Source of the DNA: Balanoglossus misakiensis
Taxonomy: Eukaryota; Animalia; Hemichordata
Length of the DNA: 64,000 nucleotides
Direction: 5' to 3'
NCBI GenBank assembly: GCA_040954595.2
Contig: CM082587.2
Coordinates: 3,046,275-3,110,274 of the forward strand
Below, piece after piece: positions 21,527 to 35,900 of the stretch (position 1 is the stretch's first letter; each line of letters begins with the position of its first letter). The notes under the pieces were generated by a model. That model saw nothing but the letters and a program-made list of their open reading frames with translations. It was not told where the DNA came from and did not search any database. The position numbers and the translations under genes were made by a program.

Positions 21527-23951
21527 ACAAAGAACATTTGGAAACCACAAAAAAAAACAAGAGTTCGGGTAAAAAAATACGAGGAGAGACCGTCACATTG
21601 ACTGCGATTTGCTTGCTTTCAACGGACAGATGAGACACTGTATATGTACTTTACATTTTCGTATTAATCTATCAGCAAAATAACCCCGGTTTTCTATACG
21701 TGAAGTTTATTTTTGGTAGCAGTTACGTTCGTTATACTCTGTAAGTGGTGATCTTTGCGTTGTATTTTTAAAAAGCTCTTAATTTTAGTTTGGTCCCAGT
21801 TGGGAATCGTGGCTTGAGCAGCACAGACGTTTATGAACTCTGGTTTTATTTTCAATGTAATAGATGTTTTCCACGGAATAAACACTTTCCCTCGCGGAAG
21901 TAGTGACATTTTGGGGATAAATATATGTTGTTTAGTGTAAACTTATCAGTTATGCTGATCGTTATGGTGGGACTGGTCTTTTTCGGTTTTCATTGTAACA
22001 CGGCAAGTTTCTGGGAATAGCGGGAAATTTATAATGATGAGGAAACTGCTCTTTACTCACCAATTCTGAACAGCTGCAGTCTGGTTGGGTTGGTTGGTTG
22101 GTTGTATGCAACAGTTCTGGCACACACGTGGAGGAGCGAGCATGCAGTATACCCAAGCTACGGGAAATGTCCCTTGTGATGGATGTACGGCCGGCTGAAT
22201 TGGACACGTGTAACGACGGACATTGACAATGTACATTGGACAGACTCGCAGACTGTGAGCGCAGGTATACGTAGAAGCGGTGACTCCGAAGTGATTAGAA
22301 ATGGTGACCACAGGACGCGAATCTCCAGCCTTTTGTAATGTCCGGTTTTGCAGAAAACAAGTCTATCATCTCCCCGGACGCTCACTCTTGTCCTAACCAT
22401 GCCACGACCCCAACGCAATACTTGCCAAAAACAGGTGCAGCACTTGCAATATGCAGATTCATATGACCTGTCTAACTCACCCAGTCATTCACCCGCTCTG
22501 CATCCACCAAATATTCAACTACAGTAAACTATAGTGTGAATAAAGTACCTGCAAATTCGGTTCAAATACTTCTGAGATGTCAAAATTGCCATAATTTCTA
22601 GCTTCCGTAAATAGGTTTTTACTTAGTGCTAGGGGGTCAAATTGCATTCTGGGTAAAATGTCGGCAACTCACTCAAATCGGCCATCTTGAAATTGTGTCG
22701 ACCGGATGAGATTTCATCACTACTTGAGATATTATCGTATTAATAAAGCTGATTAAAGCGAAAAGACAAAATCAAACAACTTGAGACAAAGTTCAGGTGT
22801 ATACTGTTATTCAGGAGGAAAAAAATGCTCATCAGCAGAGCTGTAATTGAAATAAACAGAAAGACAAGTGCTAATAATGCAGAAAATGCCAAATTCAACA
22901 TCATATTTTGTAACCTCATGCAAATTACATTTTTCAGACAAAACATTAAGGTATCACGACACCATGGGGCACACACACTACTTATGCAAATCAGAATGTG
23001 CGCTGGTTCCTCGACCCCTGGTTGCCTCTTGAGGGCACTCTTCAATGATAGTCAATCTTAGACACTTCAAACATTCTGGAATCTCTCTTACAATACTACT
23101 TTCTCTTTCTGTCCGAGTCACATTCTTCCCTGATCCCAAAGAGGCAAACACTGAGGCTGTGAATTTGAGCAGCAGCAGATTTTCTTTATACCTAGCAAGC
23201 ACCACCCAACCCTCACAATTCACAATCACCACAAAAAAAGTCAGCGATTACATTTTGGGCGAAAACATCATCTCAACCAAATTCTGACATTTTTACAACA
23301 AACATTTCTATCTACTCTGTAGTCAGATGGCTTGAGTTGCTTCTTTGATGAGCTCTTCTCCCCATTTTTAAATCCCGGTTATCATTTCAGTGTAAACCAA
23401 TATGCAGTTGGGACATCATTTGGTTCATAGAAATAGGGAATCTCTTCATAAAGATCTTGATGGTAAAACTAATCATGAGATTGAAATAATATTTCCACCA
23501 CACATGAGTTCTAGCAAATAAAAAAAACATGAACTATTTCAAAGGGTGCCTAAACTCAAACTTAAACAGACCCTGCAAATTAAAATGAGAGCATATCTCT
23601 GAAGAGTATAGCGTGCAGTGCAATTTTACTTCTTTATTTTTTTAATCACAAGCGGGTAATAAAACTGATTAACTTGATCTGGATTTCTGCTTAATGGAAT
23701 TAGCTCTGATGGCTGATGATGCAATAAAATAATGAAGTGAACAGGTTGGAATAATCTACGAAAACTATTGTGAGATGAAAACAAAAATACTGAGGCTGAC
23801 AGACTGACACCAATGCATGGTTGCATTGTAAAAAACGTTTCCAATATCACTGTTATCTGTTCTTTCTTGTTTCATGTGATTACTGAGTTTCAGTTGTTTT
23901 GTTTTTTAATCTTCTGTATGAAGGTCAATCTTGTGCTTGTGTTGTGGCAGC

Positions 23952-26900
23952 CTATGGGAGAGACTTCAGCAAATCACTGATGAATGTGTCATGGTTCTGC
24001 ACGTCGCCAAGGAGACCTGTAAATAAATTCATAACATGGTGAATCTGAATGAGTCAATTATGACTAGGTCTTCCCCTCTCCTCTCCCCATTTCCTTGTAC
24101 AGTTTTATCCATTCATGAAATACTATCAAGGCCCAACTCTCCATCCTACAATTAAACCCTAACCAGCCATTCACCCGTCTGGACCCAACTCCACTCAACC
24201 AATTCACACACACACAACACAAAGCCCACTTACCAACAATGTCACAGAATTCCATGAAGGTATCTGCAGGTAGGAAGTCGCTCTCATACTGGGACAGGAG
24301 CTGCATGAGAATGAACATCAAAAAAAAGGTTGTGAGAATGACAGATATCTCTCAAGAGATCATGAACCATCCCCTGCAGATTACACAAATGTTAATCATA
24401 GTCTTATCAACAGTGAGACCAGATCATCTTTTACCTTGTCTGTTCCTTTTATCAGCGATTCATCATTGTTCCTGATGAAGTCGGCCACTGCCGAGGCCCA
24501 GTTTTCACTGCTAGACATGCTGACTTTCTTGAAGATAACCGTGTAGAAGCCGTCTATCAACGCATAGTAAATCAAGGCTGGTTTGTAAACTGAATAGTCC
24601 TTCACATCTTTCTCTGTGATTCTGTGTGGCAAAAAAAACAACACATTTTCTCAGAAGGACAACAAATTTTCAAGTCAAAGTGGCCTTCAGTCCTGCTTCA
24701 TGCGTGGAAAATTACACCTGTCCCCTCACTAAGCTTGGTCAAAACAACATTCTGATCACAACAGAAGAGACAGACGTCCCACTGACGGACGTCTCAGCAA
24801 GAAAATCACCAACGCAAAACTTCGGACATCGTTCATCTCTAAACACAAACACTCACTTGGTAGCCCCACCCGGAGACACTCTCCTCGCATGCACACAGAC
24901 CAACAGTCTCTGTAGATACATCAGTCTGTTGGCCTGCCACTTGTCCTGGCCGTGAACCAGTAGTGAGAGCAGGGTGTAATAGAACGGGCTGTCCACTTCG
25001 TAGCAGCTCTCCACCCACTTGTCCTTGCCAGCCTTCAGGAAATTGCCCAGGTTCTTCTCTTCCCTTGGAACAGAGCGAGTTCTGTGTGGTGTGAAAAAAA
25101 ATCAAGACATATTGAGATGCGTGGTGTGACTGTGTTTTGTGAGCTTTGGAAGGAAACTTGTATGACATGGAGACAGATAGCAGAATTATGGCAATGTGAG
25201 ATTTAATGTGGTGTATTGGAGCAAGTTCTGCTTAAATTTCTGTTCCCCTTCTGTTATACATCCTGTTTCTGCACACACCCGACAATTGTTACTTACGTGT
25301 TGAGGACGTAAAGTGCCATGTGTATGACGTAAGGGATCATGTGCATGTTGCTCTGGCGACCGCCTCCCCCACTCTCGTCGCTGAACGACTTCTCAAACGA
25401 AAACCTCTGGAAAAGCAACTTCAGATCGTGGACCGTGGCGTAGTAGGTGGGCTCCCTGTGACCGGTGCGTTCTTGAAGATAGGTGTTGTGTCTGTGAAGT
25501 ACATAAATGTTTCAAAGAGATGTGAACACAATACACTATACACACATATACACATTTAAGCAAAACGGTCTCCTGAAAGAGGACTCTGGTTCCACAAATC
25601 ATATTACATACTAGGTATATGCATTGTGTAATAATACTTGTAAGAATACATGCAGATATTTCTGTGCCTCACCTTGCTAGGCAGCTGGCAAATGCTGATT
25701 CCGGGACTTGTGGTCCCCACAGTGGAAGCAATCCGTTACACTTGGTGTTGGCGTTCTGCAGCGCTGCGCTGTCCCATTCTTCTCGACCTCTTGCATGTCT
25801 GTCGGTGACAAAGACAGAGAATGTGCTATCAGGATGGTTACCCCCTGGAACGGACGTTCAGTTGGTGCTTGGGTAAGGTAAGTGACTAACAGGTGAATGC
25901 CCAGGGAGTGACTGTCCTTACACTGTGACTACAGCATTGTTTCTCTGAAATACGAGACAAAGTGTTGTTAACATACCTAACAGCCGACATGTGGCAGTCG
26001 TAATGCACAATGTTGAAATGGGAGACCGTGGCATATCCTTGAGTCTTCCGAGCTTTGTTTTCAAACTCCTCCATGTTGCATCGCTTCGTGTATGTGTAAA
26101 TTCCAAGAACCTGGATGGGAATGAGGAAGTAAAAATTATGAGTTCGCCAAAAGATTCAGTGGTTCAGGCAAGAATTAGTCTATCTCAACCAGTAGCACTT
26201 GATTACCACACTGCTGATAATTCAAACTATGGTCGTCCTTACCTTTGTCGGTTGATATTTGTAACCCTCTCGACAGATGCAACACGTCAGACCAGATTCG
26301 TCCACCAAATCTTCAAGAAGTAATCCAGCACTCTTGGCTTTCACTTGGCCTTTCTCGTTTGTCTGAGGGAAAGACAAAATTTTAATGAGAGGGTGAGAGA
26401 GACAGAGAAATGAGTCAGCATTACTCAGACAGATTTTGAGAGCACCAAAGACAACCACTGCTGATGTACTCACCGACATTCCCAATGCACCCAACTGTTT
26501 CTGTCTCATCGCCATGGCCAGCCTCTTCTTCTCTGCTTTGGTATTTTCTCGGACTTCCTTGATCTGTGAACAACACAAGTGTCCAATATTATCATCAGGT
26601 TCTCGTACATGTGCTTATTTAGGCTCCAATAGCTGTACGTTTTTCAGTGCAAACCATGCATTTTCTAGATCATCTCTCCTACCTTTTTGGAGACGTTTGG
26701 ATTTTCTTTCAGCGCTTCCATCAGATTCTCTGCCAGTGACCCCACGCCCTCTTCGCTGGAGACTTGTTCGAGTCGATGAATTGCAGGCACACAGTCATTA
26801 CCCACCAACTCCTGTACACAGAAAAAATTGCATCACTCCTGATAAAATGTTCACCCCTAATTCCTTCTGTAGAGGTCCAACTTTACCATAGAAAACAGTA

Positions 26901-29900
26901 GATTTGGGCCAAACCACGGTGGTGAAAGGGTTCAAGGCAGAGACAAATCCCCAGACACACACATGAACACTGTGAAAGACTACCAACCTGTGTCATGGTA
27001 TGACCAGTACACAACCCAGTCAGTAATTTCAGGATATATGGCAACGAGGGCTTGGCTATGAATTCCTTCCAGGGTGCACTGTCAACACTGCAGAAACAAA
27101 CAGAACATGGATCAGATCTAGCAAACGGCATTAATATGGAAGAAACAGACATACACAGTTTGATGGTATGATTTTCCAGTCCAGCAGATTTTGCATCTTC
27201 GTTTGTGTGGCCTAATACAAATTCTGCGGTATTTACTTAGAGGTATGACCTGTCTGATTTTGATCATGACCATGCAAAACCATCATACACCTAAAATCAC
27301 AACTGTGGCTAGGCTATGTTCATTCTCACCATACCTGAGGCTAACTCTAGGTGTGTGTTCTCCCATGTAGTCTATGGCTGTCTGGACTATCCCTCTTTCT
27401 ACTATCATGTTCTTCAGTTCACTACCATTGGCATTGCTCTGTAAACACGAAAAAAAATCGCACATTAATATAACTCTGTTTGCACCGATGTCCGTCAAAA
27501 TTCAACGTTACATCTCTTGCTAGATGTTACGGCTTTTAGTGAAACACGAAAGTACTCACCGTGATACCAGCTGCAACTACACAGAAACAATCTATATAGA
27601 CCTCTTCATCTTGTGTGTGTTCCTCATCGAACCTACATTGGAACAAAACAAAATACAAATCCTGTTGAATCACCATTCAAACTCTGTCGATGTTTATAGG
27701 GGCAGAACTTGAAATTCTCAACACCACAAAAAACAAAACAAAAGATGCACTCACTTGTTGAAATCGACATAGGGCTTGAAGAAGTTGATCAGCGTCTGCA
27801 TCTTGTCTTTGGAGCCAAACGTGAGGTAGGGTATAAGCCTCATCAACCCCTGCAGCACGTTGGTGTTGTTTCTGACGAAGGCGCTGTTGATTCTCTCCAG
27901 CAGCATCACCAACTGAGGCTTGTCACCAAACAAGAGCAGCGACGTCTGAAGCAAAGGTTACAGGGACCCAAAGTTAGCATCTGAACTAGAGATACGACTA
28001 GCACAATGACTTAAGAGACACCATGGAAAATATCAAACACACGGTAACAGCTGTCTGTTGCCAGTTGATAGGTATGGGTTGTACAAAATTTACATGAAAC
28101 TACACATGTAAAACTCACAGGCTTGTCTGTCATTTTCTGTTGGTTGGCTTCCTGCAGTACAACCTCCATGATTTCCATCAGTTGCTGGGCTAACTGTGCC
28201 ACACCAGTGCCACCCTGTTCAGTCTCAGCTGCTATCAAGATCTGCAATATGGAAAATAGTGCCGGTGACACTGCAGCTCCCATAGATAAGCAACACACAA
28301 CATAGCATTTTTAACATTATATTGACATAGCCTACCATGTTGAGCGTAGACAGCATAATGTTGATGGTGTTCATATTTGGTTGTATCAGTGCCTGCCGGT
28401 TGACCTTGACCTTGGCGCAGAAACCGAACAACTTCAACAGAACTGTCAGCAGTTGCTTGCCTCGTACGAGATCTTTGATGACTGCAAGTCTGCGCAACAG
28501 AGGGAAATAAAATTACAGTTATATATTGAATGCGAACAAAATTTACAGAATAGTGTTTAGTGTTTATCATACTGCATTTGTCATTAATAAAATCCTACTA
28601 CATTATTTTTTTACCTCTGTAACATGACTTCCAACCCTCCACACTCTGCCATGATGGTGGCCATCTTGTAAACTTCTTCATGGTCAACTTCTTCATCTGT
28701 ATTCAGAATAGGATTCACACAAGTGAAGTGAGCCATAATTGGGGGGAAGGGGTCCCCAGGGCATTTTTAATATTCATACTTGCTTGTGACAACACTCTTG
28801 CATTAAAATGCTTAAATGAAGATTTACATGGCATATTTAAATTCGTACCATTTGTGTTATCCAGTGAGTCCACAATATCCTCGGTGGCGTCTCCTAGCAA
28901 CCCTCTCATCCGGTACACTATACGCATTGGCTCTCCCTAGAAAAAAAGAGAAACATTTTCCAGGATTTGAATTTGTGGAAGTTGGAAACTGAATCAACTT
29001 TCATTTTTCTCAAAACTTTGTGTAACAATCTTTTCGCAGAAATGTAGCAGCAAATAAGCAGAAGTATCTTACCTCGTTTTCAGGACACCAGATCTTCTTG
29101 TAAACTTCCTTCACTGGCAAATCAAGACTGATGATCTTATTCTGTACCAGCAACTGTGAACAGTGAACAGGATAGGACAAATTATTGCGTGCACATAACC
29201 AAACAAATACTACACAATTTTCATTTACATCAATTTAAAGCCATTTTTGTTTAAACTGCCATCACTTCATTTCGTCAACACTTTGTGTAAATATTATAAT
29301 AACTCACTTCCATGCCATTATCATCTTCCAGCAGAGCGATGAGTTCACAGTCCTGACAGATCTTGTTCTTGACGTCTCTCATCAGCGGCCCCAATCCCGG
29401 TTCATTGGAACTGTAGGGATTACCTTGCATACGCCCTGACAGGAAGTCTTCCTGCTGTGGGTCTTTCTCTAATGTCATGAAGAACTCACCCACATCATTC
29501 TCCTCCTATAATTGGATACGATAACAACATATACAAGATCAGTTCTGAACACTCTTTCAAATTTTTTGGCTGGTGGTCGGTTGATACACAGCAGATAATG
29601 TATCTTGATGACTTACCGGGTAGATGATACTGCACAGTCTTTCAAAGATGAAGACAGGAGTTCTGAAGTCGTCCAGGCCGTACCTCTTGACTGTGTCCAC
29701 GCACACCGACATGAATGCCCGGGTCTCAGAGTCAGTACCTGTGACAACAGACATTTGAATTATGTTAATCAGTTTGCAAGGCACATCATCAGGCTGGTAT
29801 CATCAATTTCAATATTTTGACACACACGGTTGGCCATTTAAGACAGTACACAGGCTTAATTAAACCAGCCCATCCTCTCACCTGTAGTCATCTCCTCCAG

Positions 29901-32900
29901 AAGTTCAAGCAACATGTCCTGCGTCTCGTCCACCAGTTTTGTTCTTTGCACAACCAGTTTCCTCAGCGACAGATACCCATTCAAGACAGTGCCAACCAGT
30001 CGGCCTTTGTAGTGTTGCTTGATGGTGTCCAGCTCGACAAATGACGCAAGCAGCTCTGTAAGCATAAAAAATCACAAGGTGATAGGCCCAGCAGTTTCCA
30101 GTTTTTGATGTGGACGGACATACATACAACATACACGAATGAATACATACATACATACAGAGACCACAGAACGTCTACCAATTCCTTCTCAGACATGTAC
30201 GATAATGACACTACCATTGCACAAAAAAGTACAGAATGTATACACATACCTGTCAACATCTTCAAAGCATACCCTTGTGAGAGGTCAGAGTTCAGAGTAG
30301 TTTCTTCCAGCATTGTTAGGTGATCGATTTCCTGCAGGAAAACATATGACAATCAAACATAGAGAAACTAATCAAAGTGCTGGCAAATTATACCAAATGG
30401 GACCTAAATATCTACACGCAACAGCAACTGTATGGGTCTGAACACAAAATATCGATGCGACACCACCATTACCTTAGCAATGAGAGTGCCCAGGTGTGGG
30501 AGTACACCCCGAGCGGCCAGGTAGAGTTTCCAGTGAGTCGGTTTGATCAGTCTCTGATACAGAGCCAGAAATTCCGTAGCACTCTCCCCGGCCGAGTGTA
30601 GTTCATCCATGTACGTGGTCAGCAAGTCCAACACTTGTTGTCTGCGGCTTTGAACCTGAAAATATGAAAAGTTGTTAGGATTATCAGCCATTCAGTATAT
30701 ATCAGATGTAGTGGTATTTGTCGGCTGGCTTGTTGGTCGGTTGAAGGACAAAAGATACACATGAAACACGCAATTTGAATGGCTTCTTGCCAAGCAAACG
30801 TTCACAACCAACCAATCAGAGCCACCATATTACAGAGACAAACTTGGTACTGTACCTGACACAGAGCTTCCACAATGTTACAAGCGACTTGTCTGGCCGA
30901 TCTTGAAGACGGCGAAAAGATGACAGATCGCAGCCAGTTATCGCCACAGATCTTGACCGGACGTCTCGGCTCATGTTTGGGCATCTTGGATTTCCATCTC
31001 CTGGCGTACTTCTCCATCAGGTATTTGACCCTGACGTCCTTGGTGGCAGCCTTCTTGCTGCTTCCGCTGTCTGCTACTGAAGTTGCAAAAACACAAATAA
31101 CGACATTTCAATTTCTGAAGATATTTCGTTACAAGATAAGCATCCGGACCAGAATTCATTTGTCAACAATAACAATTTGTTACACACATATATAGGCTGT
31201 GATCCCCAGCAGAATACTGGGAATTTTAGCACGCAGAACACCACATCCTATGTTTGTCCACAACCATTCTGATACCGTATCTGCTTCCTACCTTTGTGTG
31301 GCACTTTGCTCTTCCACTCCTTGTATTCACTGCCTTTGCGTTTGGTCAACCACCTGGACACATTTGCGTTGACCTCTGTGCCTGGCGCTTTCACTGTGCT
31401 TAGCGTCTCCACACCTTTGTCCTGCAGTGGTGACCAGAGTATGCAATTAGAACAAAGAATAAGATGACAGACCCCCCCACACCACATCACCACTGGACTC
31501 TAGCACTCTGAGTCCATTTTGTCTTTACAAACACCAGTCCATAACAATGTCAAGCACATTGATAATTCTTAAATATTTTTACGCATTACTGGACCAATGC
31601 TAAGCATCAAATAAGAGTAAGTCATACCTTATTTTTCTTGCTGCATGGAGAGACTGGCTTGACAATATGCTGCAGTATCTTGAGACACGGTAAGGTCACA
31701 CTCTCCATGACGACGGGGCTCATGATTTTGACGGCCATCAGGAAAAGACGCATCACTGAAAGTGACATCACACAACGTCAAAAAAGACCACAGAACACAA
31801 CCTTGGCATTGAACATAGAACGTGCATTGAAGATGTTTCGCAGAATAAGGAACCAAAATTCTTACCACACTTGAGTCTTTGCTCCCAACAGCTATCTCCT
31901 CGTTGTATTGTATCTGTCAACAACAACATCTCATTTCGTACAGTGCCAGCCTAGAAAAAATACAGGTATATCAAAAGTCGTATCTTGGACGAGGTAGCCA
32001 TTTTGAATACTGCAATGTGGGTAGTCTTGTAACTACTTCTACCAAGGAAAAAGACCACATACTAACCATATCATGGGCCGACTGGTGGTTTCTGATGGCC
32101 ACCGAAACGCTGGCTAGCAGGATGGAGTTGAGCTGTTCCGTGGCTTGACTGCAGTCTCTGGTCAGCATACACAGGAGGTTTCTAACATCCGCTCTGACGG
32201 GCGCAGACCCACGGCGTAGGTTGTACTCAACTAAGTCCTTGATCAGACCCTGTGGAAGATATATGTAGATGCTTAACATCTAAGTGCAAAACTTGCTGTG
32301 AACAATATAAAACTCTTTTCTTCTCTATCTGTCTCTCCTTGTCTCTGTTGCTCCCCTCCTCTCTCCCCTCTGCTTCCCACTCCCAATAATATCTTACCTT
32401 GTCGATGAGTATCTGTCGAGTGACAGGGTTTGAAGCCAAGGCTCTCAGCAATGTAACACAGTGTTCAGTAGCAGCAGCTGCACATCCATAGCAGTGAACC
32501 ACACGAGACGAGCTGTGAGAAAGAGATACACATGACAGGATTCAATGACACATGTATGTGTGACAAATAAAGCTAAAGACATGATCAGTACGGGAGGACT
32601 TCAAAATATTTGACCATGCACGATTTTGCAGCATAGTTTACAAAGGGGAAAAGCCAACCAAGTACAGTGACATCACCACTTTGTCCTGAAAGTCTAAACT
32701 ACCCACCTGTGAGCTTTGCTGCTCTTGACGGTTGGCATCGGCATGGTTGGTACGCTGGGAGACGGGGTCGGAATAGGACTGATGGAGGGACTGCTGACAA
32801 CACTGCCAGCTGCTTCTCTCTGCCTTCTGTCGTATTCCACCAACTCCTTGCGCGAAGCAAGGACTTTCTGAAATGCAAACACCACCTTTGGTGTTACTTT

Positions 32901-35900
32901 CTCTCAATAAAACAGAATTAAAACTGCCAAACAGTGTTCCTTCTGTACTAGAGATATTTTATCAAGTCTACAGACTGAAGAAATAAGGTAACAAGAGCTT
33001 GCTTTTGACAACATAATTTCACAAACGCAAACTTACCTGGATTATCTTGCTGAGTTCATCGAAGGATGACTTGCAGTCCCCGCAGTACTTGGACGCCAGC
33101 TGCTGTATCGCTTTATTCACGTTGCTTCCGCTCGCACTGGTGCCACCTCCAATTACACTAGCCATGGTCACTTCCTCCTGTGTCGACAAGATTTCAACGC
33201 ATGAAGGACTTTTACCCAAGAATTGAAAACCAAGCCAAATGGAAGACTCAGTTACAGTTGTGCATTGAGAATTAGGATTCATGACTCAATTGATTCGCAA
33301 AAATCATGCCAGCTAAAAAGGAAGATTGGGTCTAGTCTGAATATTGTGACGTATCATATCAATAATAAGGACCTTTGTGCCTGCTACTTTTTTGTGCACT
33401 TTGAAATTCCTACCTGTTGTTTTTCTCCGCCAGATTCGTTGATCTTAATCAGGAGTGACTCCAAGTGTGGTTTCTGTGATATCAGCGTCCTGTAGACACG
33501 GTCCGCCTTCTCCAGCAGTGAGTTGATGGACACAGCAGCCTGAAAAGTATAATTATTGCAGGTCCCATTTCAACGCCATAGTCAACTTGTTGCCGTCTTT
33601 CAAAAATTTAACCCTCATAAATTTTCCCCTTATTTTTTGTCAAATTTTGATCAAGTCCTGCAGACAAGAGAAAATGATGTCCACTTGGTCTAAAATTAAG
33701 GGGGAAAATAGAGAAATATATTAATTATCAATTTTTGAGACCAATTATCTGACCTTTTTCCTGTCGTCTTCATTCTCGATGGGATCCACAGCACAGCATG
33801 GTTTGGCTGTCAGTGTGTAGTCAAACTTGGCATACTTGCAGAAGCCACAGGAGTTGCACAGGAAGGGGTCCTTCTCATCATAATTGATAGCTCTGCGATG
33901 GGAAAAATCAGCAATGGTGAGGGAAATAGGAGTCAAAAATGGGAGTAATACGATCTTGTTTAGAAAGTGGTATGATGCTTATTTCTTACATGCACGTGGA
34001 ACTCTCAAGAAATATAGGCGAAACAAACACTAACCTGCACTTGTGACACTGGAACACGTTCTCACCACAGTTACCGCACACACCAGGGTTGGCGGGAACA
34101 CTGGCACTGCAGCGCGGGCACTGCAGAGTCTCGGCCGAGGCTTGGAAGTTGTCGTAGAAATCAGCGTACTCTATCATCAAGTTGGCCGCGACGATGGGAA
34201 GCGGGAATTCCACCTTGAGCTCCGTCTGTCCGGCCGACAGCTGACACTTCTTAGCCTTGTGCCACATGGATGGCCTGCGAGACAAAGTCACATTTGAACG
34301 CGTTAATTAACCCCCCAAGTTGACATAGAATGGAACCTTCTGCCCAGACCTACCTCTGCAATGGGTGATACCATATGCACAGATGCAGGGTTCTTTGACT
34401 TGCAAGAGATGTCGGAGAACCCTGCAGTTATATATTTTCACATGCAAAATGAGGCCCCACTGTTCCATGTATTCAAGAATGTCCACTAAAAAAAACTTGC
34501 ATGGAAGGTGTCTCATAACAAGATGGCTGATGAAAGAGATCAAGATCTCAAACACCAGAAAATTCACAAAGGAAGACTACTCACTTGTTTTTCAGTTCCA
34601 CCACAGACTGCACAGTTCTGTTGTTGTAGTAGATGTTGATGGTCCTCACCATTTTGTTCCGCTTCAAGTCGCCGATTCTCAGCGATATCTTGGAGACGGT
34701 GTGCGTGCTCACCAACTTGACGATCTGGGTGTTTGCCGTGAACCTGCTGTCCACTTTGATGGCTGAGAGCTTGATGCTCTGATATGGAAATCAGACAGGG
34801 AAGAGCATAAATGTTCTGAACTGAAATTTGCGTTATCTGTATTACAATCAATACTCCCATTGTGAATCGCGCAGATACGCTGTTCACTGTATACTCTATA
34901 CTTGATAATGTCGCTCCTAAACTACCATACATATAATAAATTACATGAATGTGATTCAGCACCTCTTGGTCAAAGCTTGTACTAATATACAGTGCCCTCT
35001 AGAACTAAAGTATGTTAATTAGTTAGACTCACCTGGAAAGGAACTTCTGGATTGTTGCAAACCAGGCACGGATCACTCTCCAGATAGTAGCCATCGAATT
35101 CAACCAGTCCAGACAGCATACTGCAAGAGAGTGGATAACATTAGATCAGTCACCCCTTTAATCTGAGTACACAGGTCCAACAACAGCATTGTAAATCACA
35201 GGTTGAAACTAAAGTAGCTACAGAATAGGGCCCATAGATCACCGTATGTGCACATGCTAAGGGTGCATACCTAAACTATCACAAATACATAGTTCTGTTT
35301 TCACTATGCTTTGGATGAGGTGGTGTACGACTTACTTGTAGATGTTAGAATTGGGATGATTGGCCAACAGTTCATTCTGAACTCTGAGAACAGAGACGGC
35401 TTTGTCCACAGCTTCCTGAACCTGGAACTGAATGAATGAACAATTCAATGAGTAAATAAACACATCGCAAGAACGCGTCAGGTTTGAGGTCCAAGAAAAC
35501 TACATCTACTAGCCAAAACACTGTCGTTACCTTTCTCTCAGAGTGCGTCTTCAGTGTGAAGTATCCAAGAAGATCCACAAACTGGGCTGCTTTGCGTCCG
35601 TAATTTGGCAGTTCAGGCCACAGCGCCCACATCAGGTTGAGAATCATTTCTTGTTGACTCTGGGAGGAATTCCTGTAGTCAAAAGATTGAATCAGTCAGA
35701 ATGTTTTGGATAAAAGGACAGCCATGAGTCATCACGATCAGAAGTGACTTGGCATGTATGGCATTTCGTTCTGTTCTGATGACTGAGAATGTTCCAAACT
35801 ATTGATCTTTGACAGCAGAGACTATCAAGATTCCTGACTTACTTGAAGATGTGTAGAATCAGTCCATGCGCCTGCCAGCGCACGGCTGTGTTGTTGGATT